Sequence record: NC_027993.1
DNA from: Escherichia phage K1G
Length of the DNA stretch: 43,587 nucleotides
Strand: one strand, 5' to 3'
Shown here: positions 28,277 to 37,096 of the stretch, one piece after another
Position numbering within the stretch: position 1 is the stretch's first letter
Layout of the letters: every line of letters starts with the position of its first letter
Made by a program: the position numbers and the translations under genes
Notes under the pieces: generated by a model
Database searches by the model: none
The model's input: only the letters and a program-made list of their open reading frames with translations
Told to the model about the DNA's origin: nothing

Positions 28277-30446
28277 AACGCTTCATCTCCGCGCCTTCTG
28301 CTACAAGAGGGAACCCCTCGGCCCACTCTGGTAATTCGCACATCAATCGTTCCAGTTCTGCGACATTGTATTCTGGTAAATCTGGTGTCTCGCAGATAAT
28401 CTCATCGTGAACATGAAGCACAATCGGGTAGCCGTTTGCTTCGACGTTCAGCAGTGCATTAGCCAACAAATCACGGCACAGCGCCTGAGTGCAGTTTTCC
28501 ACCAGTTTACCAGAGTAGGTGTACTGGAAGCCCCACTGACGGGTTAACTGGTTTTCGCCCTGGTACTTGATGCGCACGTTGGTAGACACCTTCCCGTCTT
28601 CGTCTGTCTCTTTCGACACGCTTAGCCCAACACCCGGATAAGACATAACGCGGCCCGACGGCAACGTCATCCGCAACCACCAACCGGCGACTTTGTTGCC
28701 GTTGTTGTCCGTTTCTACGTTGCGCGAAAACTTAACTCCCCGCGGCCCTGCGGTGAACTCTTTGCCCGGATTGCGGATAGCTGCCATAGCTGCGTCTTCA
28801 ATATCCCGCCAGAAAGCTACTGTTTCCGGGTGTGACTCACGCCACATACGCTTGATAGCGTCGCAGGTACGCCACACTTTCTTATCAAGAATATAAGATG
28901 GTCGGTCATCATTTTCACCTGGACGTGGTGGTCGCTTGGCTTCCTGAATACGCGCCCACTCATATCCACGTGCGGTAGCAGCCCAGATGTAGTCGGGGAA
29001 AGTCCCGTCCATTGTTTTTGCCATATCAACGAGGTCAAGGCCGAGGTTCTTGGCGAACTGTACGAATGCGCCGACACCACCCGCGTAGCCAAGTCCAAGT
29101 TCGCATGCCTTACCAATCTGGCGTAAGTCTTTACGTTCTTTCTTAATGTAATCCGGCTCCATGCCGAACATCTTGCCTGCGGTTACGCAGTAAATATCCA
29201 GCCCGGCACGGAACGTATCAAGCGCGGTTTCTTCGCCAGCCAGCCACGCCAAACCGCGGCCTTCAACGTTCGAGTAGTCGGCGACGACAAACTTATGTCC
29301 GGCTTCCGGGATAATGCAGCTGCGAACCGTAGATGCCGTTAGCTTGGCTACATCAAAACGGCGATGTGCTCGGCCCTTAAGTAATGCTGAAATACCTTTA
29401 TCCAGTTCATCATCGTGATAGTACCCACGCGCCAGGTTCTGCGGCTGGAAGCCTTTACCCGCAAATCGTAACGTACGTTTAGCTCCACCATACTGGATGC
29501 AACCGCGACGGCGGTCGTCAGACGAGCGGCCTAACAGCAGCGGGTTATATTTCGTTGACGCAGTGGATGCCGCCCCGAGGCGCATTTCTATAATCGTGCG
29601 GGCGTCGTCCGGTAAATCATCGTCAGCAAGCAGGTCGTTAAGCGTAGACTTCTGCGCGTTGTGGATGCGATGCGCAGGTGCCAGTTCACGCAGAATCGGC
29701 AGGAAGTCCTTACCTGTAAGCGAGCCGCCGTATTTACGTTGGGCTTCTTCCTGTAACTGTGCCTTGTGTTTCTCCACAGCTTCAATTGCGGCTTCCGCCA
29801 GCGCAACGTCGACCTTAAACCCGCGGTCGTTAATTAACTGGTCCAGTTCCAGTACACGGTCTTCGAACTCGGAGTTACCCCAACGCGGCAACTTATGGAA
29901 CACTTCACGCATCGCGGTGATGTCGCTAACGGCGTACTTGATGAACAGCGCCCACTCATCCGGGTGCGTTTCAGCAGTGTAGCGGCGAATTTTGTAGTTC
30001 TTCGGCGTCGGTTTAGAGAAACGCTGAATAAGCGCTTTGCCTCGTTTGTCTTTCGCGTTGTCTGCAGACACGCCAAGCACTTCGCACAATGCGTCGAGTG
30101 AACCCGGCAGCGCGTGACGAAACGCCCAAATCATCGTATCAATGGTGTTGCTTACGGGAATATCAAAACCCCAGCAGTGCTTCATGATGAGTCTGTCGAA
30201 CATTGAGCCGTTGTGCCACACCATCTTAATACGGCTGTTTGGTTTCACCAGACGGCGTAACGCGCGGTGCAAATCACCCGGCATGTCGCTGCCGTTGGTG
30301 CAATCCCATACCTGCACAGGCTCGTCGTCAAAAGCATATGTGCAGATTAGAACTTCGGTGGTTGGATGTTCGGCGTAAGCGTAGGAGCCGACTTTCTTCA
30401 AATCGGCTTCGGAGAATGTTTCAAAGTCTAAGAACAGGTAACTCAT
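28266..30446 (-). CDS. family-A DNA polymerase with 3'-5' exonuclease domain
   Basis: N-terminal Exo I motif FLDFETFS, C-terminal motif C HVHDEIICE; 726 aa. Confidence 0.85.
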   Translation of the reverse strand: MSYLFLDFETFSEADLKKVGSYAYAEHPTTEVLICTYAFDDEPVQVWDCTNGSDMPGDLHRALRRLVKPNSRIKMVWHNGSMFDRLIMKHCWGFDIPVSNTIDTMIWAFRHALPGSLDALCEVLGVSADNAKDKRGKALIQRFSKPTPKNYKIRRYTAETHPDEWALFIKYAVSDITAMREVFHKLPRWGNSEFEDRVLELDQLINDRGFKVDVALAEAAIEAVEKHKAQLQEEAQRKYGGSLTGKDFLPILRELAPAHRIHNAQKSTLNDLLADDDLPDDARTIIEMRLGAASTASTKYNPLLLGRSSDDRRRGCIQYGGAKRTLRFAGKGFQPQNLARGYYHDDELDKGISALLKGRAHRRFDVAKLTASTVRSCIIPEAGHKFVVADYSNVEGRGLAWLAGEETALDTFRAGLDIYCVTAGKMFGMEPDYIKKERKDLRQIGKACELGLGYAGGVGAFVQFAKNLGLDLVDMAKTMDGTFPDYIWAATARGYEWARIQEAKRPPRPGENDDRPSYILDKKVWRTCDAIKRMWRESHPETVAFWRDIEDAAMAAIRNPGKEFTAGPRGVKFSRNVETDNNGNKVAGWWLRMTLPSGRVMSYPGVGLSVSKETDEDGKVSTNVRIKYQGENQLTRQWGFQYTYSGKLVENCTQALCRDLLANALLNVEANGYPIVLHVHDEIICETPDLPEYNVAELERLMCELPEWAEGFPLVAEGAEMKRYAK

Positions 30447-30460
30447 TATTTTTGACCCTT

Positions 30461-30486
30461 AGTAAAAAGGCCCAATGAAGGGCCTT
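30461..30486 (-). terminator. rho-independent terminator for leftward transcripts
   Basis: minus-strand AAGGCCC-UUCAUU-GGGCCUU followed by UUUAC. Confidence 0.6.
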
Positions 30487-30505
30487 AGTTAAATTGATTC
30501 AGATA

Positions 30506-31132
30506 TTAGCGACGACGACGCTCGCGGCGCGGTGCTTCATCTTCTTCGTCGTCTTCCAGGTCATTTACGCTGGCAGCGACTTTAGAACCGCCAAACGCTT
30601 TACCTTCACCAACGTATTTAATAGCCAGCAGGTTAACGCCGAGGACTTTGTATTTCTGGCTGAACCAGATTTCAACGCTTACGTTAGCGACGCAGCCGCT
30701 GTAAACCTGTTCACCTTCAATCTGTTCGCCGTCTACATTGAAGTCCTGTTCTACCTGAGTCTCGCCTTTTTTAGAGGTTACAATCAGTGGCTGTTTCTGT
30801 GCCTTCGCCTTGAAGTAGAAGCCTTCCGGGAAGTCTTCAAACGGATTGTCGCGCTCGGCAATGTCTTTAATCGCACATTTATCCATGTGCTTACCTTCGC
30901 CGTAGTTGGACTTCATCCACTTCTCAGCGGCAGCTGCGCCCAACGCTTCTTCAACCACAGCGTAAACGGTGTCGTAGAGCGCGTCGATTTGTGCGTGGTC
31001 AGACGGCAGGATGATAGTCGCGCTGTACTGGCCTTTAGTGATTGAGCCATCATCGTTTTCACGGTCTTTTTCGCGTTCGAATACGTTAACCCATGCAGTG
31101 TTTACTTTACGCAGATTCAGTTTAATACCCAT
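30506..31132 (-). CDS. ssDNA-binding protein (DUF2815-like) with acidic C-terminal tail
   Basis: 208 aa, C-terminus DLEDDEEDEAPRRERRRR; adjacent to Cas4-like exonuclease and polymerase as in known phage replication modules. Confidence 0.65.
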   Translation of the reverse strand: MGIKLNLRKVNTAWVNVFEREKDRENDDGSITKGQYSATIILPSDHAQIDALYDTVYAVVEEALGAAAAEKWMKSNYGEGKHMDKCAIKDIAERDNPFEDFPEGFYFKAKAQKQPLIVTSKKGETQVEQDFNVDGEQIEGEQVYSGCVANVSVEIWFSQKYKVLGVNLLAIKYVGEGKAFGGSKVAASVNDLEDDEEDEAPRRERRRR

Positions 31133-31185
31133 CGTGATTTCTCGCTTTTCAGTTTACTCCGGGAACTGCCCGGCCAGTGATTAGA

Positions 31186-31214
31186 ACTATAATAGCTAAC
31201 TATTCGGGTGTCAA
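31186..31214 (-). promoter_or_regulatory. early promoter TTGACA-N17-TATAGT (family 1)
   Basis: minus strand TTGACAcccgAATAGTTAGCTATTATAGTT; near-palindromic AATAG-N4-CTATT. Confidence 0.6.
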
Positions 31215-31218
31215 CACT

Positions 31219-32469
31219 TTATTCCAAATCTTCTTCACTAACCTGATTCCACTCAGGACGTTTGTCGTCTGCCGTTGCGACACATGGTGCGCCTGGCTTA
31301 CGGGTAATAAACGGCTCAAGCGCTGCCATCTCATCCGCAGAAAGAACTTTTGCTGCCTCCGTAGGGGACATCAATACCTCTTTTTTGAGAATGTCGCCGT
31401 GTGACACTTCAATCGCATCGGCATCTTTCCACGCACGATTACCCAGGCGGCCTTCTACCAGTTTGTACCCTGGCACTTTATTACCGGAATGCAATGCGGC
31501 GGACATCGCTTTCTCAACCTTGTCGATGTGCTGGCGCAACAGCGGCAACTTCTCATACTCAACTACGAGTTGCTCCGTCGTCAGTTCCAGCACAAAGTCG
31601 TCTTCAAGTTCTTCCGCTAGTACAGAATTAACCGTCTTTGTACGCGCGGCACACTGTTCAGAGAACCGGCACCACTGGCAACCATCGACCGACGGTTTAA
31701 AGTCCGACGCTTTCAGGTTCTTCTTTCCACGGAAATAAGCATCAAGCGCTAACAGTGCCCGTTTCTGTGCGAACTTAGCGAACAGTTCCAGACCTTCGAC
31801 CGAGATGTCCCACTCTGACGCACCCCCCGCGTACGGCTGGAAGATGACCAGGCGCACTACTGTGATGTTATAACGTCTCTTGAGTCGGCGATAAACACCG
31901 AGAGCGTAAAGCATAAGCTGCTTGTTTTCTTTCGCTTCAACACGATGCCGTCCAGTTTTAAGGTCGCCAATAATGAGCATGTGCTCGTCGGTGTTCGCCA
32001 GTTCCTGGACAGCAACGAGGTCAGCCGTTCCGAACGTCTCGACACCTTCATACCCAGGATGCAATACCTCAGTAAGATTGACTCGCATTTCCAGCTTGGC
32101 GTAAGTCGCTACGTCGATAATCGCTTTGCAGTAGTCGGTGTACTTGCGCACCTGCTCAATCATGTCCGCCGTAATCAGTACCGCGCCTTTCATTGGGCTG
32201 ATTAGCGCCTTAATCTGGCCTTTACCTTCATCCAGCACGTAAGCGCCGACTTCACGCTCTAATGGCAGAGCAGTGCCTTTGATGTACTGGTTAAGGTGCA
32301 TCTCCGCTATGGTGTGGCATGCAGTCCCTGTAACGGCGGCTTTACCAGACGTGTTGGGAATATCTTTCTCACAGGCCAGTGATGCACTGCACGCCAGCCA
32401 CTTTTTAGCGCCAGACGGCGACAGTAAGGCGTGCACATCGTTATTGCCGCCGCGTTCCTTTAAAATCAT
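31219..32469 (-). CDS. Cas4/RecB-like PD-(D/E)xK exonuclease (DUF2800-like)
   Basis: N-terminal LLSPSGAKKWLACSA, nuclease motif IIGDLKTG...QLMLYA, C-terminal Cys cluster CQWCRFSEQC; ATG at 32469 with RBS GGGAGAG. Confidence 0.7.
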   Translation of the reverse strand: MILKERGGNNDVHALLSPSGAKKWLACSASLACEKDIPNTSGKAAVTGTACHTIAEMHLNQYIKGTALPLEREVGAYVLDEGKGQIKALISPMKGAVLITADMIEQVRKYTDYCKAIIDVATYAKLEMRVNLTEVLHPGYEGVETFGTADLVAVQELANTDEHMLIIGDLKTGRHRVEAKENKQLMLYALGVYRRLKRRYNITVVRLVIFQPYAGGASEWDISVEGLELFAKFAQKRALLALDAYFRGKKNLKASDFKPSVDGCQWCRFSEQCAARTKTVNSVLAEELEDDFVLELTTEQLVVEYEKLPLLRQHIDKVEKAMSAALHSGNKVPGYKLVEGRLGNRAWKDADAIEVSHGDILKKEVLMSPTEAAKVLSADEMAALEPFITRKPGAPCVATADDKRPEWNQVSEEDLE

Positions 32470-32738
32470 ACCCTGCTCTCCCACTGGTCAATTAAATGTC
32501 GTGTCTTATGGTCGCAGTGCATAGCCCAGCCATACATCGACTCGAAGACGTAAAAGTCCGGTTTGGCGAAAGTCGAGCGCTTAATATGTGACACGTGGCG
32601 GCCTATGTCTTTAGGCCGTGGCACTTTGCCTAAGTACGCCATATCTTCCATCTGGTGTGCACCGGACGGCGCACGCAATAACCATAGTGCCTCTGTGTTA
32701 TCCCGCCGGTCAACGGCGCGGTATAGTTGGTAAATCAT
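32466..32738 (-). CDS. hypothetical protein
   Basis: 90-aa ORF, stop overlaps exonuclease start. Confidence 0.5.
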   Translation of the reverse strand: MIYQLYRAVDRRDNTEALWLLRAPSGAHQMEDMAYLGKVPRPKDIGRHVSHIKRSTFAKPDFYVFESMYGWAMHCDHKTRHLIDQWESRV

Positions 32739-32781
32739 AATCCCGACCCTCAGTTAAAGCGGCCCGAAGGCCGCGGGATAG

Positions 32782-33303
32782 TTATTCTTCTTCGAAATAC
32801 TTGTTCTTGATTGCTGTCAGGCGCTCCAGATACTCAGCCAGGTCTTCGTCTTTAATCGCTGCAATCTTCATCTTCTTACCGGTAAACTCTTCCAGCAGTT
32901 CGTCAGAATCGTCGCACGCGGCATCGCTTGGGCCTTCGTTAATCGCATCGTCGATAGCCTGAATCTGGTCGCGCAGAGACTGGTAATCGACTTCTTCTTT
33001 CTCTTCTTCCGGCTCTGGCGTTGGTTCCTCTACTTTGTCCTTACGCGGCTTGCGCTTCGGCTTCTCTTCTTCTGCTGGTTTAGTGTCGACGATGTCTTCA
33101 CCTTCAACCGGGATTTCTTTCGCCTTCTCGACTTCTTCAAGTGCTTTAGCCAGTTCTTTTTTAACTGTCTCTACCCCAGTTACCGCGACGTCAACAGTCA
33201 ATTCACCTACAGATTTGCTAGTCGGTTGTTTCACACTGTTTGCAGCAATCAGTTCGTGGGCGACTACGAAACGTTCCAGTAATACCAAGAATTTCTCTAA
33301 CAT
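32782..33303 (-). CDS. acidic early protein
   Basis: 173 aa, strongly acidic C-terminal two thirds; strong RBS GAGGAGAG; first gene after promoter 33335-33363. Confidence 0.6.
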   Translation of the reverse strand: MLEKFLVLLERFVVAHELIAANSVKQPTSKSVGELTVDVAVTGVETVKKELAKALEEVEKAKEIPVEGEDIVDTKPAEEEKPKRKPRKDKVEEPTPEPEEEKEEVDYQSLRDQIQAIDDAINEGPSDAACDDSDELLEEFTGKKMKIAAIKDEDLAEYLERLTAIKNKYFEEE

Positions 33304-33334
33304 TTGTTTCTCTCCTCTCGTTTGGTATGGGCTA

Positions 33335-33363
33335 ACTATAATAGCGAACTATTCACTTGTCAA
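33335..33363 (-). promoter_or_regulatory. early promoter TTGACA-N17-TATAGT (family 1)
   Basis: minus strand TTGACAagtgAATAGTTCGCTATTATAGTT. Confidence 0.6.
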
Positions 33364-33427
33364 TGGGCTTTTCTAAAATAATTAATATGGTACTATTCAC
33401 ATATCAACTGACTAAGGAGTAATTGGC

Positions 33428-33643
33428 ATGCAACCATCTGAACTAGGTATCCGTGTAGAGCAACGCCGTAAAGAACTCGGTATCTCCCAGCGCCATCTGG
33501 CTGTCCTGGCCGGTGTTTCCCAAGGCGCGATTAACCAGCTGGCACTTGGGGTAACTCAGGACGTCCGCCCAGCGACGCTGTTTAAACTGGCGGAAGTGCT
33601 GCAAGTAGACGCCAAGTGGCTGGCGTTCGGTGAAGGGGCTTAA
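33428..33643 (+). CDS. XRE/Cro-type HTH transcriptional regulator
   Basis: 71 aa; HTH segment ISQRHLAVLAGVSQGAINQL; RBS AAGGAG; divergent from leftward early operon. Confidence 0.7.
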   Translation: MQPSELGIRVEQRRKELGISQRHLAVLAGVSQGAINQLALGVTQDVRPATLFKLAEVLQVDAKWLAFGEGA

Positions 33644-33660
33644 CGCCCCTTTCTTTTTAT
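33635..33660 (+). terminator. rho-independent terminator
   Basis: GGGGC-TTAAC-GCCCC hairpin followed by TTTCTTTTTAT. Confidence 0.7.
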
Positions 33661-33854
33661 TGCACCTTTATCGGGTATCTTTTGCGAAACTTACCTAACC
33701 CGCAGTATACGCTGTAAGCCTCTGTGTAACTGTACACAACATGATACCCGCGCCCGTAAGGAACTACGTTAAGAACTTCCACTACTTCGCCTCTGTGGTT
33801 GGTGTATTTATTACCTTTAAGTTCGTCGCTTACTTCTTTAAATTTACCGCTCAT
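33657..33854 (-). CDS. hypothetical protein
   Basis: 65-aa ORF, start overlaps primase-helicase stop. Confidence 0.5.
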   Translation of the reverse strand: MSGKFKEVSDELKGNKYTNHRGEVVEVLNVVPYGRGYHVVYSYTEAYSVYCGLGKFRKRYPIKVQ

Positions 33855-36118
33855 TCCAAATCCTCCTCTGTCACTGTCAGCATCTCATTCGGTTCATATA
33901 TTGTCTTCGGAATCTTGTTATCAGTTATCCGGGTGTTCAGCCTGTAACGGCCAGGGATTATCTGATTGTTTTCGTCAGTCCCCGGAACAAGATACCCAGC
34001 CTCAACCATTTTCTTAATCTTCCCGCGTTCTATGGCTTCTTTGGAGTTAAACGCCTTTGCATTGGGGTCAGACTGTGCGAGCTTATTAGCGGCGGCGACT
34101 GTGATGCCTTCGTTGCCGTTGTAGGTTCCTTCCGCCAGTTCAAACGCCGCCAGTATCGTGGCTTCTGAACTGTTGACGGCGTTCTCTATGGTTTTACGTA
34201 CGTTTTCTTTACCTTCTTTCGTCAACCCTTCTTCCCGCTCTTTCTCCTCGTCAGTCTTGAACGGCTCGAAACCCCACGGCATTAACACAAGTGCCTTATG
34301 CGGCTCCGGCAGGTCTAGGTTTACGATTGTGCCGTATTCCTCCGTGCTACCGAGGAACTCAACCGCACGGTACTCTTTCGGCGGCGGCGCTTCACGGAAC
34401 TGTACAGACTCCAGCACCATACCAACCGTCTTCTGTTGAGGCCCGTGCTTGAATTTCGAGTGGTATACATTTATCTGGCGGTCGGTAGCTCGTTCGATTG
34501 TCAGTTCCACGTCGACGCCAGCATACAGCGCCCCACTGCCACGGGCTTTCTTTCCGCCCTTCGGCGTATGGTGGACAACGCCTACCGCAGCTTTAGTCGC
34601 GTCACGTACTTCTTTCAGGATGGCGATAACCTTACCCATGCCGATTGCCGTTGATGAACTGTTCTCGTCGAACTTATCAATCGTCAGGGCTAGCGTCTGG
34701 TTGAGGGTGTCGAACGCAACCATGCCGATGGGTTCGTCACCCGCAGTTTCACGCATCAACTTAATCAGGCTTTTCAGTTTTCCGACTTCGCCCATGTCGA
34801 TGACATGTACATAATCTTTACCTTCCTCGCTATACTTAGCTGCGAGCGCATCGATACGGGTGCGTGTAGCTGCGCCGCCCTCACCGTCGATATAAAAATG
34901 GTGGCAACGCTGCGTATCTGCCCCCGCAAACCGGTATCCGGCGGCGCTCAGGTACATCATCCCCAGCGTATAGAACGATTTGTACGTGCCGGATTCCCCG
35001 ACAATATCCCAGATACAATCTGACGGCATGTACCCTTCAACGACGAAATCCGCCTTTACCGGTTCCGGTAACTCGTCATCCTCTGAGTCCTCGTCATCTT
35101 CCAGGTCGTCGAGGCTGCATGAAACAGATTCACGTGCACCCCATCCGATGGCCTCTGCGACTTCACTGAACGGCAGCCCCGTCGCATCGCACGCATACTT
35201 CCACACCTCTTTCGGTGACATGCCTTCGGTCGCCGTAATGTCAGTGTCGTGAATCATGGTTACGTTCGGCGCCTCATATCCCTCTCGCGGGAAGCACAGC
35301 AGGAAGTCATCCGGGCGCGGCGTCGGGTCGCTGTAGTTTTCTGCGTGTTCTGGCGTAGCTGGCATCTTAAGGCCTCGTGGCGTCATGATACCGCCATACT
35401 CGAACGCCAGTGCCTCGAACGCGTCGGTAAACGCGGTGCGCAGTTCTTCCGGTATCTGGTAATCCGATGCGCTGCTAACGTCAACGGCGGGGATGCCTTC
35501 CAGTAACTCGTCCGGGTCAATCAGGTCGTTGCGGCGTGACCAGATAACGGTAGAGCCAACCGGAGGCAGGTACATCGGTTGCGAAAGAGTGAACCCGCTG
35601 CGGTCAGCACCCATGCTTTTGAAGAAGTGTTCCAGCAATCCATGGCGAACACGGATGATGTCACCACCTTCGACCGGACGGGCCAGCGGCATGACGACGC
35701 GAAAGCGCGGGGACTCGTCGGTATGTGATGCCGTGGTATAGATACACATGCCCCGGCGGCTGCGTTTAACTAAGCGCACCGCTTCCTGATACTCTTCTGG
35801 TGTTGCGCTGTCGAAGTCCAGATACGCCAGCGACGATTTGCTTACAGACGCGTCACAGCGATAGAAAAAGCCTTTACGCGCTTGCTTAAAGTCGCCGGTT
35901 TCCGGGTCTTTTACAGTGCTGTGCGTCGAGTCGCACGCGGCGGTGATATAACCGGGCGCGGTCTTCGGGTTAATTCCGTCACGGACAGCATCGAGTGGCT
36001 GGATTAACTCTTTCAGGTCGTCCAGTGTTGCCGTGTGTGTGGTTCTGACGTTTATATCCTTTTTCTCAGCCCGCGCGTTGCGACGCGACCACGAGTAGGA
36101 TAAAATTACATCGGACAT
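33851..36118 (-). CDS. DNA primase/helicase (RecA-fold ATPase)
   Basis: 755 aa; Walker A-like GESGTYKSF, large N-terminal domain; RBS GAAGGAAA. Confidence 0.7.
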   Translation of the reverse strand: MSDVILSYSWSRRNARAEKKDINVRTTHTATLDDLKELIQPLDAVRDGINPKTAPGYITAACDSTHSTVKDPETGDFKQARKGFFYRCDASVSKSSLAYLDFDSATPEEYQEAVRLVKRSRRGMCIYTTASHTDESPRFRVVMPLARPVEGGDIIRVRHGLLEHFFKSMGADRSGFTLSQPMYLPPVGSTVIWSRRNDLIDPDELLEGIPAVDVSSASDYQIPEELRTAFTDAFEALAFEYGGIMTPRGLKMPATPEHAENYSDPTPRPDDFLLCFPREGYEAPNVTMIHDTDITATEGMSPKEVWKYACDATGLPFSEVAEAIGWGARESVSCSLDDLEDDEDSEDDELPEPVKADFVVEGYMPSDCIWDIVGESGTYKSFYTLGMMYLSAAGYRFAGADTQRCHHFYIDGEGGAATRTRIDALAAKYSEEGKDYVHVIDMGEVGKLKSLIKLMRETAGDEPIGMVAFDTLNQTLALTIDKFDENSSSTAIGMGKVIAILKEVRDATKAAVGVVHHTPKGGKKARGSGALYAGVDVELTIERATDRQINVYHSKFKHGPQQKTVGMVLESVQFREAPPPKEYRAVEFLGSTEEYGTIVNLDLPEPHKALVLMPWGFEPFKTDEEKEREEGLTKEGKENVRKTIENAVNSSEATILAAFELAEGTYNGNEGITVAAANKLAQSDPNAKAFNSKEAIERGKIKKMVEAGYLVPGTDENNQIIPGRYRLNTRITDNKIPKTIYEPNEMLTVTEEDLE

Positions 36119-36176
36119 GTTATATTTCCTTCAGCAAGTAATTTGGCCTCGGCGTTCACCGCGTCGGGGCTTTCTT

Positions 36177-36452
36177 TTATTCCAGGTCGCGGGAGATATT
36201 ACCCTCGGGCACCAACACTTTTCCAATACTTCTCGCTTTCTCTGTAATAGGCGTCGCTCTTGTTGCCCGATAAAACTTTCCTTTATTAAGAATCTCACCA
36301 TGTCGCTCGAGCACATCTAAAGCATGTTTGATCGGGTTTACACCGTAATTATCCAACCGGTATCTCCGAAGCCCGTCTACCGTAAAAGCGCCGTTCGCTT
36401 CGGTCAGTCTGCGTGCACACATTAATATGTGTTTCTGGAATTTAGTTAGCAT
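36177..36452 (-). CDS. hypothetical protein
   Basis: ATG at 36452 with RBS AAGGAG; overlaps 3' end of upstream HTH gene. Confidence 0.45.
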   Translation of the reverse strand: MLTKFQKHILMCARRLTEANGAFTVDGLRRYRLDNYGVNPIKHALDVLERHGEILNKGKFYRATRATPITEKARSIGKVLVPEGNISRDLE

Positions 36453-36621
36453 CTTTAACGTTCTCCTTAATCCACGCCTCCACAGTAGCGCGGTCAAAGG
36501 TACCTGGCTGACGGTAGCCGTTGATAACGCGGCAACACTCCGGGAACTTTCCTGACCGAAGCCAGCGATTAAGAGTCATAGGGGAAACCCCGATTAAGTC
36601 TGCTACTTCTTTCTGTGTCAT
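36442..36621 (-). CDS. AlpA/Xis-like HTH DNA-binding protein
   Basis: MTQKEVADLIGVSPMTLNRWLRSGKFP; ATG at 36621 with RBS GAGGG (track ORF begins at TTG 36651). Confidence 0.6.
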   Translation of the reverse strand: MTQKEVADLIGVSPMTLNRWLRSGKFPECCRVINGYRQPGTFDRATVEAWIKENVKDAN

Positions 36622-36778
36622 TTTACGCGCCCTCTCTATCAAGTGAAACAACTATAACACCTACAATAGACAAACACAACCTATTGACAAAATAAAATGT
36701 AGCTGTAAAATCAACGTATCGAATGGCTTTAGTTAAGAATTACTTAGAAACAATATTCTTAAGTCTCGGGTACTTAAA

Positions 36779-36798
36779 GCCCCGCCATAAAGCGGGGC
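36779..36798 (-). promoter_or_regulatory. leader hairpin, reverse-orientation copy of the 4618-4637 hairpin
   Basis: GCCCCGC-CATAAA-GCGGGGC on + strand equals reverse complement of the spanin leader hairpin. Confidence 0.35.
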
Positions 36799-37042
36799 GC
36801 TAAATAGTACTCTTGGTAACGTTAGTATCTAAGTTTCCTCAAAGTAACAGCAAGTGGCAAGAAAGCCCCCGTCTATTTAAATTTTACCCTCCTTCATAAG
36901 CCACTGATAATTAAAAGTTTCTATAGTTGCCGTAAACGTGGAAGAGAGTACTTCACTTCGCTGGGGTGGGCTAACGCCCACCCACTGCGTTGCGTACTCT
37001 TTTAAGAAACGAAAGAATCACAACGGCAACGTAACTATTCTC

Positions 37043-37071
37043 TTGCACACCCCAACATAATAGGATACTAT
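37043..37071 (+). promoter_or_regulatory. early promoter TTGCAC-N17-TACTAT (family 2)
   Basis: cTTGCACaccccaacatAATAGGATACTATTcac. Confidence 0.5.
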
Positions 37072-37096
37072 TCACTTATCGAAACGAGACAGAGGA

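Noticed and set aside
28028-28399. 123-aa plus-strand ORF
   Set aside because: Antisense to small minus-strand genes and the polymerase 3' end; the minus-strand ORFs have RBSs and coupling.
30494-31045. 183-aa plus-strand ORF
   Set aside because: Antisense to the SSB-like gene within a minus-strand operon; no RBS.
33304-36651. Lysogeny module (repressor/integrase) interpretation of the HTH genes
   Set aside because: No integrase, recombinase or CI-like repressor with peptidase domain seen anywhere in the window; HTH proteins are small Cro/AlpA-like.
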